In this document: positions 51,269-64,000 of the stretch, piece by piece
Layout: every line of letters starts with the position of its first letter
Position numbering within the stretch: position 1 is the stretch's first letter
Source of the DNA: Chiloscyllium plagiosum
Lineage: Eukaryota
Assembly (NCBI RefSeq): GCF_004010195.1
Contig: NC_057719.1
Location: forward strand, 358,288 to 422,287
Length of the DNA: 64,000 nucleotides
Direction: 5' to 3'
Position numbers and translations under genes: made by a program
The notes under the pieces: generated by a model
Seen by the model: only the letters and a program-made list of their open reading frames with translations
Told to the model about the DNA's origin: nothing
The model's database searches: none

Positions 51269-51489
51269 ACCGGAGATGTGTTGCTGGAAAAGCGCAGCAG
51301 GTCAGGCAGCATCCAGGGAACAGGAGAATCGACGTTTCGGGCATAAGCCCTTCTTAGGTCCTGAAGAAGGGCTTATGCCCGAAACGTCGATTCTCCTGTT
51401 CCCTGGATGCTGCCTGACCTGCTGCGCTTTTCCAGCAACACATCTCCGGCTCTGATCTCCAGCATCTGCAGACCTCACTTTCTCCTCAA
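51269..51489. mobile_element. Palindromic short hammerhead-bearing element nested in the Tx1 LINE
   Basis: ~90-bp inverted arms 51270-51358 / 51360-51449; 14-bp TSD ACATTCCAGAAGGA at 51255-51268 and 51490-51503. Confidence 0.9.
51358..51391 (+). ncRNA. Minimal hammerhead ribozyme motif
   Basis: CUGAAGA-A-GGGC-UUAU-GCCC-GAAAC-GUC-GA. Confidence 0.75.
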
Positions 51490-53549
51490 ACATTCCAGAA
51501 GGAGGTGTGTGACAGTCTCATCCCCCCGCAGCCATTTCGAGGGCAGCGTGCAGTGCGGCTGAGAGTCCGGACGTGCATAAAGGATCTCACAGGCAGAGCC
51601 CTTCTCACCACCAGCCAAGCCATGTCTTGGTGCTTGTTGGAAAGTTCTGGCGATGAGGCATTCTGCCAAATGGCTTTGACAGTCTGCTCAGGGAACCGCT
51701 CGATAGGATCCGCCCTCTCCTTTTCCCGAAGGGTCTCAAGGACACTACGTGGTGACCACTTCCTGATGGACTTGTGGTCAAAGGTGTTTTTCTTGATAAA
51801 TTTCTCCACGAAGGACAGGTGGTACGGAACGGTCCAACTACTCGGAGCGTTCTGTGGCAGCGAGGCCAGGCCCATCCTTCGCAACACCGGGGACAGGTAG
51901 AACCTCAGTACATAGTGACACTTGGTGTTTGTCTACCGGGGATCCACGCACAGCTTGATGCAGCCACACATGTGGCCATCAGGGTGAGGGTGACATTGGG
52001 TGCATTTTGTCCCCCGTTGCCCAGATCTTTATCCATCGAGTCCCTTCGGACACAGTCCATCTTAGATCTCCATATAAATTGGAAGATGCCAGGGTGACAC
52101 CACTGCATTCCTCTCCAGACTTCCTCTGCGTAGGCATATTCCAGAAGGAGGTGTGTGACAGTCTCGTCCCACCCGCAGCTGCTTTGAGGGCAACGTGCTG
52201 AGAGTCCGGGTGTGCATAAAGGATCTCACTGGCAGAGCCCTTCTCACCACCAGCCAAGCCATGTCTTGGTGCTTGTTGGAAAGTTCTGGTGATGAGGCAT
52301 TCTGCCAAATGGCTTTGACAGTCTGTTCAGGGAACCGCTCGATAGGATCCGCCCTCTCCTTTTCCCGTAGGGTCTCAAGGACACTACGTGCTGACCACTT
52401 CCTGATGGACTTGTGGTCAAAGGTGTTTTTCTTGATAAATTTCTCCACGAAGGACAGGTGGTACGGAACGGTCCAACTACTCGGAGCGTTCCGCGGCAGC
52501 GAGGCCAGGCCCATCCTTCGCAACACCGGGGACAGGTAGAACCTCAGTACGTAGTGACACTTGGTGTTTGCGTACCGGGGATCCACGCACAGCTTGATGC
52601 AGCCACACACAAAGGTAGCCATCAGGGTGAGGGTGGTATTGGGTGTGTTTTTTCCCCCATTGCCCAGTTCTTTGTACATTGTGTCTCTTTGGACCTGGTC
52701 CCTCTTTGATCTCCACATGAATTGGAAGATGGCCCGGGTGACTGCGGCGGCACAGGTTCTGGGGATAGGCCAGACCTGTGCCACATATAACAATACTGAG
52801 AATACCTCACACCTGATGACCAGGTTTTTCCCGGCAATGGAGAGCGACCGTTGCTCCCATCTGCCTAGTTTCTGTCTCATCTTCCTGATCCGCTCCTCCC
52901 AGGTCTTGGCGCACGCCCCAGCCCCATTGAACAAAATACCCAGCACCTTCAGGTGGTCAGTCCTGACGGTGAAGGGGATAGAGGATTGGTTGGCCCAGTT
53001 CCCGAAGACCATGGCCTCGCTCTTGCCTCAGTTTACCTTGGCCGCCGAGGCCCGCTCGAACTGGTCACAGATGCACATGAGTCTGTGCATGGACAGCGGA
53101 TCCAAGCAGAAAATGGCGATGTCATCCATGTGCAGGGAGGCCTTAACCTGCAGGCCCCCACTGCCAGGAATAGTCACCCCTCTCAGGCTCGCATCCTTCC
53201 TCTTTATTTGCTTCCATCCTCCTTCCAAAACTTTGGTATTCCTGTTGTTTCTCACTTGTATTTTCTGCCTTGCACCTGTCTTTAGCAAACCTTTTCTTTC
53301 TAATGTTAATTTCTACCTCCATCATTCACAGCACTTTGGTCCTGTTTGTCTTACTGTTTCCATCACAGGAAATGTACATCAACTGGACCATAAGACACAG
53401 GAGCAAAAATTAGGCCATTCAGCCCATGGAGTCTGCTCTGCCATTCAGTCATCGCTTTCTCCCTGTAATCTTTGATCTCCTTGGCAATCAAACAATTACC
53501 TATCTCTGTTTTAAATATACTCAATGACCTGGCCTCCACAGCCTTCTGT

Positions 53550-54765
53550 TTTGGAGGGAATCCTGAGGGACAGGATGTACATGTATTTGGAAAGGCAAGG
53601 ACTGATTAGGGATAGTCAACATGGCTTTATGTGTGGGAAGGAGAAAGTGAGGTCTGCAGATGCTGGAGATCAAAGCTGAAACTTTATTGCTGGAACAGCA
53701 CAGCAGGTCAGGCAGCATCTAGGGGACAGAAGATTCGACGTTTCGGGCACATGCCCTTCTTCAGGAAATCATGTGTGGGAAATCATGTCTCACAAACTTG
53801 ATTGAGTTTTTTGAAGAAGTAACAAAGAAGATTGATGAGGGCAGAGCAGTAGATGTGACCTATATGGACTTCAGTAAGGCGTTTGACAAGTTTCCCATGG
53901 GAGACTGATTAGCAAGATTAGATCTCATGGAATACAGGGAGAACTAGCCATTTGGATACAGAACTGGCTCAAAGGTAGAAGAAAGAGGGTGGTGGTGGAG
54001 GGTTGTTTTTCAGACTGGAGGCCTGTGACCAGTGGAGTGCCNNNNNNNNNNNNNNNNNNNNNNNNNNNNNNNNNNNNNNNNNNNNNNNNNNNNNNNNNNN
54101 NNNNNNNNNNNNNNNNNNNNNNNNNNNNNNNNNNNNNNNNNNNNNNNNNNNNNNNNNNNNNNNNNNNNNNNNNNNNNNNNNNNNNNNNNNNNNNNNNNNN
54201 NNNNNNNNNNNNNNNNNNNNNNNNNNNNNNNNNNNNNNNNNNNNNNNNNNNNNNNNNNNNNNNNNNNNNNNNNNNNNNNNNNNNNNNNNNNNNNNNNNNN
54301 NNNNNNNNNNNNNNNNNNNNNNNNNNNNNNNNNNNNNNNNNNNNNNNNNNNNNNNNNNNNNNNNNNNNNNNNNNNNNNNNNNNNNNNNNNNNNNNNNNNN
54401 NNNNNNNACCTTATAGAGGTTTACAAAATTATGAGGGGCATGGATAGGATAAATAGACAAAGTCTTTTCCCTGGGGTTGGGGAGTCCAGAATTAGAGGGC
54501 ATAGGTTTAGGGTGAGAGGGGAGAAATATAGAAGAGACCTAAGGGGCAACGTTTTCATGCAGAGGGTGGTACGTTTATGGATGTGGTGGAGGCTGGTATA
54601 ATTGCAACATTTAAGAGGCATTTAGGTGGGTATATGAATAGGAAGGGTTTGGAGGGATATTGGCCGGGTGCTGGCAGGTGGGACTAGATTGGATTGGGAT
54701 ATCTGGTCGGCATGGACAGGTTGGACTGAAGGGTCTGCTTCCATGCTGTACATCTCTATGACTGT
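53550..54765 (+). mobile_element. CR1-clade LINE RT/3' end spanning gap 54042-54407
   Basis: MVVEGCFSDWRPVTSGV ... LIEVYKIMRGMDRIN. Confidence 0.88.
53734..53767 (-). ncRNA. Minimal hammerhead motif in short element 53640-53767 nested in CR1
   Basis: UUC-CUGAAGA-A-GGGC-AUGU-GCCC-GAAAC-GUC-GAA; ATGTGTGGGAA duplicated at 53629-53639 and 53771-53781. Confidence 0.75.
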
Positions 54766-54769
54766 ATGT

Positions 54770-57595
54770 GGTCTGACCAGAAACTTCTAAAGCCTCAGAA
54801 GTACATCCCTGCTTTTATATTCTAATCGTCTCGATGAATGACAACATTATATTTGCCTTCCTAACTACCGACTAAACTTGCAAGTTTACCTTATGAGAAA
54901 CCTGGACAAGGACTCCTAAGTCCCTTTGCACTTCAGGTTTCTGAATTTTCTCCCCATTTAGAAAATAGTTCCTGTCTCTATTCTTCCTACTAAAGTGCTT
55001 GGCCTCACACTTTCCCATGTTGTATTTCATCTATTACTTCTTTGTCCACTTTCCTCATTTGTCTAAATCTTCCTGCAGCCTCCCACCTGTCCCTCCACCT
55101 ATCTTTGTACCATCTGCACACTTAGGCAGAATGCCCTCAGTTCCTTCATCCAGATCCTTAATGTATAAAGTGAGAAGTTGTGGTCCTAACACTGACCCTT
55201 CTGAAATACCACTACTCACTGGCTTCCATCCTGACAAGGACTCTTTTATCTCCACCCTCTACCTTCTGCCAGAAGCCAATCTTCTATCCATGTTAGTACC
55301 TTGCCACTAACACTATGGCACTTATCGTACTCAGCAGCCTCCTGTGCAGCACCTTATCAAAGGCCTTCTGGCCAATGGATAACGTCCATTGTCTCTCCTT
55401 GGTCTAATTTGCTTGTGACCTCCTCAAAGAATTCTAACAGATTTGTTAGGCATGACCTCCCCTTGATGAAGCCATGCTGACTTTGCCCTATTTTACCATG
55501 CACCTCCAAGCAATCAGAAATCTCATCCTTCACAATGGACTCCAAAATCTTACCAACAACTGAAGCCTATTCGGCCGATAATTTCCCATCTTTTCCCTTG
55601 CTCCCTTCTTAAATGGGGGGGTTACATTAGTGATTTTCCAGTCTTCTGGGACCCTCCCTGACTCCAGTGATACCTGAAAGATCACTACGAATGCCTCCAC
55701 TATCTCTTCACCTATCTTCATCTGGACACGAGGGTGTAGCCCATCTGGTTCAGGCGATTTATCTACTTTTGGACCCTTCAGTTTTTCTAGCACCATCTCC
55801 TTGCTGATGGCCACCATATGCATCTCTGCCCCCAACCTTGGATGTTACGTGTGATTCCCACTGTGAAGACTGATGCAAAATACTTATTCAGTTCCTCAGC
55901 CATTTCCTTGTTTCCCATTACTATTTCTCTAGCATTATGCCCAATGTCCCTTTAGCCCTTTATATATCTAAAGAGACTTTTGCAACCTTTCCTAATAAAA
56001 CTGGCTAGCTTACTCTCATATTTAATCTTCTCCCTCCTTACTTTTTTCTTTGTTGTCCCCTGTTGGTCTTTGGAGATTTCCCACCCTCTGGCTTCCCACT
56101 GCCTTTCACCACATTACATGGAACAAGTAACATTACAGTGCAGTACAGGCTATTCAGCCATTGATGTTGCGCCAACCTGTGAGACCAATCTGAAGCCCAT
56201 CTAATCTACACTATTCCATTCTCCTCCATATGCCTACCCAATGACTATTTAATTGCCCTTAAAGTTAGTGAGTCTACTACTGTTGTAGGCAGGGTATTCC
56301 ACTCCCTTACTACTCTCTGAGTAAAGAAACTACCTCTTGGGCGGCACGGTGGCACAGTGGTTAGCACTGCTGCCTCACAGCGCCGGAGACNNNNNNNNNN
56401 NNNNNNNNNNNNNNNNNNNNNNNNNNNNNNNNNNNNNNNNNNNNNNNNNNNNNNNNNNNNNNNNNNNNNNNNNNNNNNNNNNNNNNNNNNNNNNNNNNNN
56501 NNNNNNNNNNNNNNNNNNNNNNNNNNNNNNNNNNNNNNGGGTCGGTGTGGACTTGTTGGGCCGAAGGGCCTGTTTCCACACTGTAATGTAATCTAATTAG
56601 TAATGTAATCTAATCTCTGACCTCTGTCCTATATCTACCACTCCTCAATTTAAAGCTGTGCCCCCCATGCTAGAATCACCATCCAGGGGGAAAAGGCTCT
56701 CACTGTCCACCCTGTCGAATCCTCTGATCATCTTACATGTCTCTATTAAGTCACCTGTCAACCTTCTCTCTAATGAAATCAGCCTCAAACTCCTCAGCCT
56801 TTCCTCCTAAGACCTTACCAGGCAACATCCGGTAAGTCTCCTCTGAACCCTTTCCAAAGCTTCTACATCCTTCCTAGATTGCAGTGACTAGAACTGTACG
56901 CAATACTCCAAATGCGGCCGCACCAGAGTTTTGTACAGCTGGAACATGACCTCATGGCACCGAAACTCAATCCCTCTACCAATAAAAGTTAACACACTGT
57001 ACGCCTTCTTAACAATCCTATCAACCTGGGTGGCAACTTTCAGGGATCTATGTACATGGACACCGAGATCTCTCTGCTCATCCACACTATCAAGAATCTT
57101 GCTGTTAGCCCAGTATTCTGTATTCCTGTTAGTCCTTCCAAAGTGAATCACCTCACACTTTTCCACATTAAACTCCATTTGCCACCTCTTAGCCCAGCTC
57201 TGCAGCTTATCTATGTCCCTCTGTAACCTGCAACATCCTTTGGCACTGTCCGCAACTCCATCAACTTTAGTGTCATCCGCAAATTTACTAACCCATCCTT
57301 CTGTGCACTCATCCACGTTATTTATAAAAATGATAAACAGCAGTGTCCCCAGAACAGATCCTTGTGGCACACCACTTGTAACTGAACTCCAGGATGAACA
57401 TTTCCCATCAACCGCCACCCTCTCCTTCTTTCAGCTAGCCAATTTCTGATACAAACTACTAAATCACCCTCAATCTCATATCTCCATATTTTCTGCAATA
57501 GCCTACCATGGGGAACCTTATCAAATGCCTTTCTGAAATCCATATACACCACATCAACCACTTTACCCTCATCCACCTGTTTGGCATCCATGGCA
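54770..57595 (-). mobile_element. Stacked CR1 RT fragments with an HE1-type SINE (56338-56615, + strand, gap inside)
   Basis: QHGFIKGRSCLTNLLEFFEEV, SGVPQGSVLG, FADDTK; SINE head GGCGGCACGGTGGCACAGTGGTTAGCAC. Confidence 0.85.
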
Positions 57596-57639
57596 TATCA
57601 TGTTGCCCCTCAACCTCCGGCATTCCAGTGAAAACTATG

Positions 57640-60600
57640 ACTCTATAAAACAAACCCAGTTTATCTAACCTTTCTTCATAGCTAAAATCCCCCATACCAG
57701 GCAACATCCTGGTAAACCTTCTCTGTACCTTCTGCAAAGCATCCACATCCTTCTGGTAGTGAGGTGACCAGAACTGGATGCAGTATTCCAAGTGTAGAGT
57801 AACTAAAGTTCAATAAAGCTGCAGCATAACTTGCTTACCCTTCTACTCAATGCCCCTTCCAATGGAGGCAAGCATGCCAAAGGCCTTTTTTTTACCACCT
57901 ATTACTACCTGTGCTGCCACCTTCAGTGATCTGTGCACCTGCACACCAGATCCCTCTGCATATCAATACTCCTAAAGGTTCTCCCATTCACTCTAATTTC
58001 CACCATACTTGACTCTCCAAAATGCATCACCTCACATTTGTATGGATTAAACTCTATCTGCCATTTTTCTGCCTTTGCCTCCAACTGATCTATTTTCTGT
58101 ATCCTGATAATCCTCCTCACTATTCGCAACTTCACCAATCTTTGTATTGTCTTCAACTTACTAATTAGACCAGTTACATTTTCTTCTAAAACATATATAT
58201 AGCCCACAAACAGCAGAGGTCCCAGCACTAATCACTGTGGAACACTAGTAGTCACATCCCTCCATTCTGAAAAGCATCCTTCCACCACTATCCTCTGTCT
58301 CCTAAGACAAAGCCATATCTGTATCCATCATGCCAGATTGATCCTGATACGAAGTGACTTCCTCTTTTGTATCAGTCTGCCTTGAGGGACCTTGTCAAAG
58401 GCTTTACTGAAGTCCATGTAGAGCACATCAACCGCTTTTTCCTCATCGGTCATCTTTGTCTCCTCCCCAAAAAGCCTGATCAAGTTATTGAGGCATAACC
58501 TCCCACCTTGCACAAAACCATGCTGTTTATCGTGAATAAGACCTACTAAATGTGTCCGTGAGAGTCTTTTCTAATAAGTTCCCTACCACTGATGTGAGAC
58601 TCACCGGCCTATGATTTCCAGGGTTATCCTTGTTACCTTTATAAAACAATGGGACAATATTAGTTATTCTCCAGTCCTCTGGGACATCACCTATGGCCAA
58701 GAAGATAGAAAGATTTATGTCAATGTTCAGTAATTTGTTCTCTTGCCTCCCTTAATCTTTGAGGATAGATCCCATTAGGACCTAGGGACTTATCTATCTT
58801 AACACGTTTTTTAAGACACACAACACCTCTTCCTTTTTAATAGCAACTTGGCTGAGAACTTCAACACTCCCTTCATCTCACCTATCTCTTCTTGCTCCAC
58901 ACAGATTCCCTCCTTCGTACTTGAGTGGGCTTTTTATACATAAAAAGCCTTGGGATTCTCCTTAATCCTGTTTGCTAATGACTTTTCATTACCCCTTTTA
59001 GTCCTTCTAATTCTTTGTTTAAGTTCTTTCCTTCTTTCCATATATACTTCAAGGGCTTCTTCAGTTCCCACCTTGCTAGACCTTATGTTTGCTTCCATTT
59101 TCTTTTTAACCAAGGTCATAGCATCCCTAGCCATTCAAGGTTCACATAACTTGCCATTACCTAGCCTTCATTATTGCAGGAACGTGCTGCTCCTGAACTC
59201 TTATGAATGCCCGCTTGATCTACTCCCACATATCTGATGTGGATTTACCCTGAAACAGCTGCCTCTAATCAAAATTCTCCAGTTCCTGTCTAATATTGTT
59301 ATAGTTTGCCTTCCCCCAATTTAGCACCTTCAGCTGAGGACTGCTGTTAACCCCTTTCATTCATGAGTATCTTAAAACTCACGATATTATGGTCACTACT
59401 CCCTAAATGCTCCCTATTGAAACTTCACTCACCTGGCCGGGCTCGTTTCCCAAAACCAGGTCCAGTATAACCTCTTCCCTGGTTGGACTGTTTACATACT
59501 GTATCAAGAAATCCTCCTGAGTGATCCTTACAAATTCTGCCCAATCCAAGCCCCGGCACAAAGTAAATCTCAGGCAATACAGGGCAAATTAAAATCACCC
59601 ACCACAACAACACTGCTGTTTTTACATCTTTCCAAAATCTGTCGACATATTCTCTCCTCTATCTCCTGCTGACTGCTGGAAGGCCTGCAGTATACCCCCA
59701 GCATTCTGATTTCACCTTTCCTATTCCTGAGTTTTACCCATGTTGCCTTGCTGCATGAGTCCTCTCATGTATCCTCCCTCAGTACGGCTGTGAGATACTC
59801 CTTTGCCAGTAATGCAAGTCCCCCGTTCCTTTTACCCCCCTCCCCCCCTCCTTATCACACCTGAAACGTCTAAATCCTGGGACATTGAGCTGCCAGTTCT
59901 GTCCCTCTTTCAGCCAAGTCTCCGTAATTGCAATAGCATCATAGTTCCAATTACTAACCAAACTTCTCAGTTCATCTACCTTGCTTATTATACTTCTTGC
60001 AATTGAAACACCTCCCTGCTTTTTTCAGCAGTGTTTCTCTGACTGTTCTTAATCATATGTGCCTTGGTTTCTACCTCTCCCTCAATTTTTGTATCTTCTG
60101 CCCTACTCTTCTGGTTCCCATCCTCCTGCCACACTAGTTTAAACCCTCCCCATCAATCTCAGTCCTGCCCAAATGTAACCCTTTCAGTTTTTACAAGTCC
60201 CACCTCCCCCAGAACCGGTTCCAGTGCTCCACAGATCTGAACCCTCCCTCGCACACCATCTTTTTCAGCCACATGTTCAGCCTATATATCCTGTTGTTTC
60301 TACTCTGACTAGCTCAAGGCACTGGTAGTAATCCTGAGATAACTACCTTTTGAGGTCCTACATTTCAACTTTTTTCCTGGTTCTCATTATCCTGCTTTTA
60401 GGACCTCATCCCTTTCTTTACCTGTGTGGTTAGTACCAACATGTAATAGGACCACTGGCTGTTCACTCTCCCCATCCAGAACGTCTGCAACCGCTCCAAG
60501 ACATCCAGGACCCGAGCACCAGGGAGGCAACACACCATCATAGACTCTTGTTTAGAACATAGAACATTACAGTGCAGTGCAGGCTCTTCGGCCCTCGATG

Positions 60601-61300
60601 TTGTGTTGACTGTGAAGCCCATCATCCATACGTCTATCCAATGATCATTTAAATGCTCTTTAAAGTTGGCGAGTCTACTACTGTTGCAGGCAAGATGTTC
60701 CACGCCCTTAATATTCTCTGGGTAAAGAAAATACCTCAGGCATCTGTCCTATATCTATCACCCCTCAATTTAAAGCTATGTCCTCTCGTGCTAGCCATCA
60801 CCATCCGTGGTCTGCAGCATTAGAAACACCTATCTGTTCCCCTTTATGATTGGATCCCCTATAACCATAGCATTTCTATGCCTATTTCTCCATCCCTCTG
60901 TAGCAGACGTAACCATGATACTATGAATTTGGTTGCTGCTGATATCCCTTGAGATACCATTCCCCTCACCAGTATCCAAAATGGTAATTCTGTTTTGCAG
61001 GGGAATAGCCACAGGAGATTAGCCCTCCTGCGCTGCTCAGCGGTCATCCTTTCCCTTCCAACCCGTGGAGTCTGCAGTGTGACCACCTGCCTATACATGT
61101 TATCCACGACATTCGCTCCCTCGCAAATGCTCCACAGTGTGCTGAGACGCTGCTCCAGCTCTAAAACCCAGGCATCCAGGAGCTGCCGCTGGAGACGCTT
61201 CTTGCTCACATGTAGGTGTCCAGCATTAGCATTGTGCCTGGCCTCCCAACCCGAGCAAGAGGAGCGGTCTACGATTTAGATCTCTCTTGCCATGTCTTAG
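57640..61300 (-). mobile_element. Near full-length decayed CR1 LINE: ORF1 (coiled coil + SGNH/esterase-like) and ORF2
   Basis: LELEQRLSTLWSI, MVIGDPII, VCCLPGARV (ORF1); AIAITETW, DFSKAFDKV, EYCIQFWSP (ORF2); nested CR1 tail ~60553-60808. Confidence 0.85.
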
Positions 61301-61520
61301 CCCTTTAATTTAGCTAATCCTTACAACGTCAGATACGTTTAATAATAAATTGAAGGTTCTGATGCTCTCAGCTCCAACAACAAATTCTCAAAACTCAGGC
61401 TATTTGACTCCCCCGGTTCCAATTATCAACCATATAATTTTTCAGCTGCTACTGAAATGCGCCCAGAGACCAAGTGTCACCCATTCTCACTGCCTACTTC
61501 CATTCGATAGCAACTCTTGA

Positions 61521-61655
<135 letters not shown>

Positions 61656-63074
61656 TAGTTTGAGGCATCTCCTGTTGGTGCCATCTTTTAATCAGATGCC
61701 ATCTGACTGAGATATGAATAGTCAGATGCTATGTACTTATGTTTGTATTCTTGATAGAAGCTTCCACATCCATATTTTTATTCGAAATTTTACTACTTGT
61801 TCCCATCAACTGTTAACAAATCTGAGGGTAACAGGACTAAGCAGAAAGTTCAGAGAAAATGTGTTAACATAGGTATAGTAACACCAGCTGGGCTATTTTG
61901 GAACCTGTCAATGTCAACTGGTCACACTAGGTTGCATTCTCTGGCCATTAGTGGTGCTGTAGCACCCTCACTAATACTACTAACGTAGGAATTTACAACT
62001 GAAAATGTGATAAGTGTAATGAATATGCTAACATGAAGCCCCATCCCATTGCACAGGTGGATACGTAAGATTCTGTGGCACTGTTTTGAAGAGGGGCAGG
62101 GGAATTCTCCCTTGAACATTATCACTAAAATAAATGATCTGGTCATTATCATGGTGCTGATTCTGGAAGCTTGCTGTAGGCAATTTGACTGTCGAATTAC
62201 CCACATTACAACAACGACTACATTGCGAATGCATTGAATTGGCTGAAAACCACTGTGAGATCTCTGGCGGTTATGAAAACTGCTATATCAGTGCAAATTA
62301 TTAAAATGCATAAGGGTTCAGAAAAGATTTGCCAGGATTTTCCTGGGAATGGAGGGTTTGAGTTATATCAATACGCTGGACAGGCTGGGAGTTTTTTCAT
62401 TGGAGTGTAAGAGGTTGAGGGCTGACCTTTATAGAGGTTCATGAAATTATGAGTGACACAGAGAAGGTGAATAGCAAAAGTCTTTTCCATGAAGTGGAGG
62501 AGTTCAAAACTAGGGAGCATTTTTTAAGGTGAGAGGAAAAACAATTTAAAAAGAACATGAGGGGAAACGTTTTTACACAGAGAGTGGTTTGTGTGTGGAA
62601 TGAGCTGCCAGAGGATATGCTGAATACAAGTACAGTTACAATGTTTGAAAGACATAGATAAGACTGAAGACAAAAGATTTGGAGGAATACGGACCAAACA
62701 AAAGCAGATAGGACTAGTTTAGTTTGGGAACGTAGTCTGCATGGACTAGTTGGACTGAAGGGTCCATTTCTGTACTGTATGACTATAAGACTTCTCTTTT
62801 TATTTGCATTGAAATAGCTGTAAGCCTGGGGAGGGGCAGCAGAATACACTTATAAAATTCACTGATATATCTGCTCCTCTGCAGTTCTGATTCCTTGTGG
62901 ATCCCGGATTTTAATCACTTCACCATTGCTGACCACATCTTCAGATCCAGAATTTCCCCCCCCCCCCAACTAAGACCATAAGACATAGGAGTGGAAGTAA
63001 GGCCATTCAACCCATCACGTCCACTCCACCATTTAATCATGGCTGATGGGCATTTCAACTCCACTCTCCCCGTA

Positions 63075-63851
63075 GCCCTCCAACGCATCTCATCCACATC
63101 CTGCATCTCTGCCCTCAACAAGAGAATTTGGGAGGAGGCCAAGGACCTGCATGTCCTTGGCAGAGTGGGAGGGGGAGTTAAAGTGTTCAGCCACGGGGCG
63201 GTTGGGTTGGTTGGTGCAGGTGTCCCAGAGGTGTTCTCTGAAACATTCGGAGGTAGGGGGCCTGTCTCCCCAATGTATAGGAGGCCACATCGGGTGCAGC
63301 GGATGCAGTAAATGATGTGTGTGGATCTCTGCCCTCAAACCCTACCGCTCCAACCGTAACAAGTTCAGAATCCCCCAGTCCTCACCTTCCACCCTTTTGC
63401 ATAAACCGCATCATCCGCCAACATTTCAGCCACCTCCAAACGGACCCTACCACCAGGGATATATTTCTCTCCCCACCCCTTTCTGCAAAGACCGTTCCCT
63501 CCGTGACTACCTGCTCAGGTCCACGACCCCCAACAACCCACCCTCCCGTCCTGGTACCCTCCCCTGCCACCGCAGAAATGATAAAACCTGCGCCCGCACC
63601 ACCTCTCTCACCTCCATCCAAGGCCCCAAAGGAGCCTTCCACATCCATCAAAGTTTTACCTGCACATCCAACAATATCATTTATTGTATCCATTGCTCCC
63701 GATGCGGTCTTCTCTACACTGGGGAGACTGGACACCTCCTCGCAGAGCACTTTAGGGAACATCTCCAGGACACCCGCACCAATCAACCCCACCGCCCTGT
63801 GGCCCAACATTTCAACTCCCCCTCCCACTCTGCCGAGGATATGGAGGTCCT
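63075..63851 (+). mobile_element. Penelope-like element, third family (GIY-YIG) with inverted 5' segment
   Basis: FTCTSNNIIYCIHCSRCGLLYTGETG..FREH; 63130-63320 is a reverse copy of ~63670-63850. Confidence 0.85.
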
Positions 63852-64000
63852 GGGTGGCACGGTGGCACAGTGGTTAGCACTGCTGCCTCGCAGCGCCAGA
63901 GACCCGGGTTCAATTCCCGTCTCAGGCGATTGACTGTGTGGAGTTTGCACGTTCTCCCCGTGTCTGCGTGGGTTTCCTCCGGGTGCTCCGGTTTCCTCCC
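63852..64000 (+). mobile_element. HE1-type tRNA-derived SINE, 5' part
   Basis: A box TGGCACAGTGG, B box GGTTCAATTCC, then central GGAGTTTGCACGTTCTCCCC..GGGTTTCCTCCGGG. Confidence 0.9.

Larger units (their letters stand above)
50705..53200 (-). mobile_element. Tx1-type (L1 clade) LINE, 5'-truncated, with internal duplication and poly(A) end
   Basis: LQVKASLHMDD, LKVLGILF, LSIAGKNLVI, Cys/His motif CPRNGCG..H..EC; AATAAA and A-rich tail at 50708-50740. Confidence 0.88.

Noticed and set aside
52062-53012. 316-aa ORF as a host gene or active transposon
   Set aside because: C-terminal part of Tx1 ORF2; 5'-truncated, HMDD at the RT motif, stop upstream
63852-63925. tRNA gene
   Set aside because: A/B boxes run straight into SINE body; tRNA-derived SINE head

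Overview
Vertebrate genomic DNA, very likely a cartilaginous fish (HE1-type SINEs, abundant CR1-clade LINEs, Penelope-like elements, shark-type satellites), with three N gaps. Genes reconstructed from splice signals and reading frame: (1) complete 6-exon TMED8 on the minus strand (CDS 48341->20542, 1134 nt, 377 aa, C-terminal GOLD domain); (2) first two coding exons of a short SAMD15 on the plus strand, head-to-head with TMED8 across a ~600 bp CpG island with a 48-bp tandem repeat and tandem RFX X-boxes; (3) the 5' part of a gene I cannot name on the minus strand (coding exons 9204-9364 and 1098-1203, leaving the left edge), below a CpG promoter with CDE/CHR, CCAAT and GC boxes. Most of the rest is nested retroelement debris. 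The main repeat finding is several families of Penelope-associated elements carrying minimal hammerhead-ribozyme cores, often as long palindromes with 11-14 bp target-site duplications, one inside the TMED8 3'UTR. Family names come from my recognition of motifs, not database searches; repeat boundaries are approximate.
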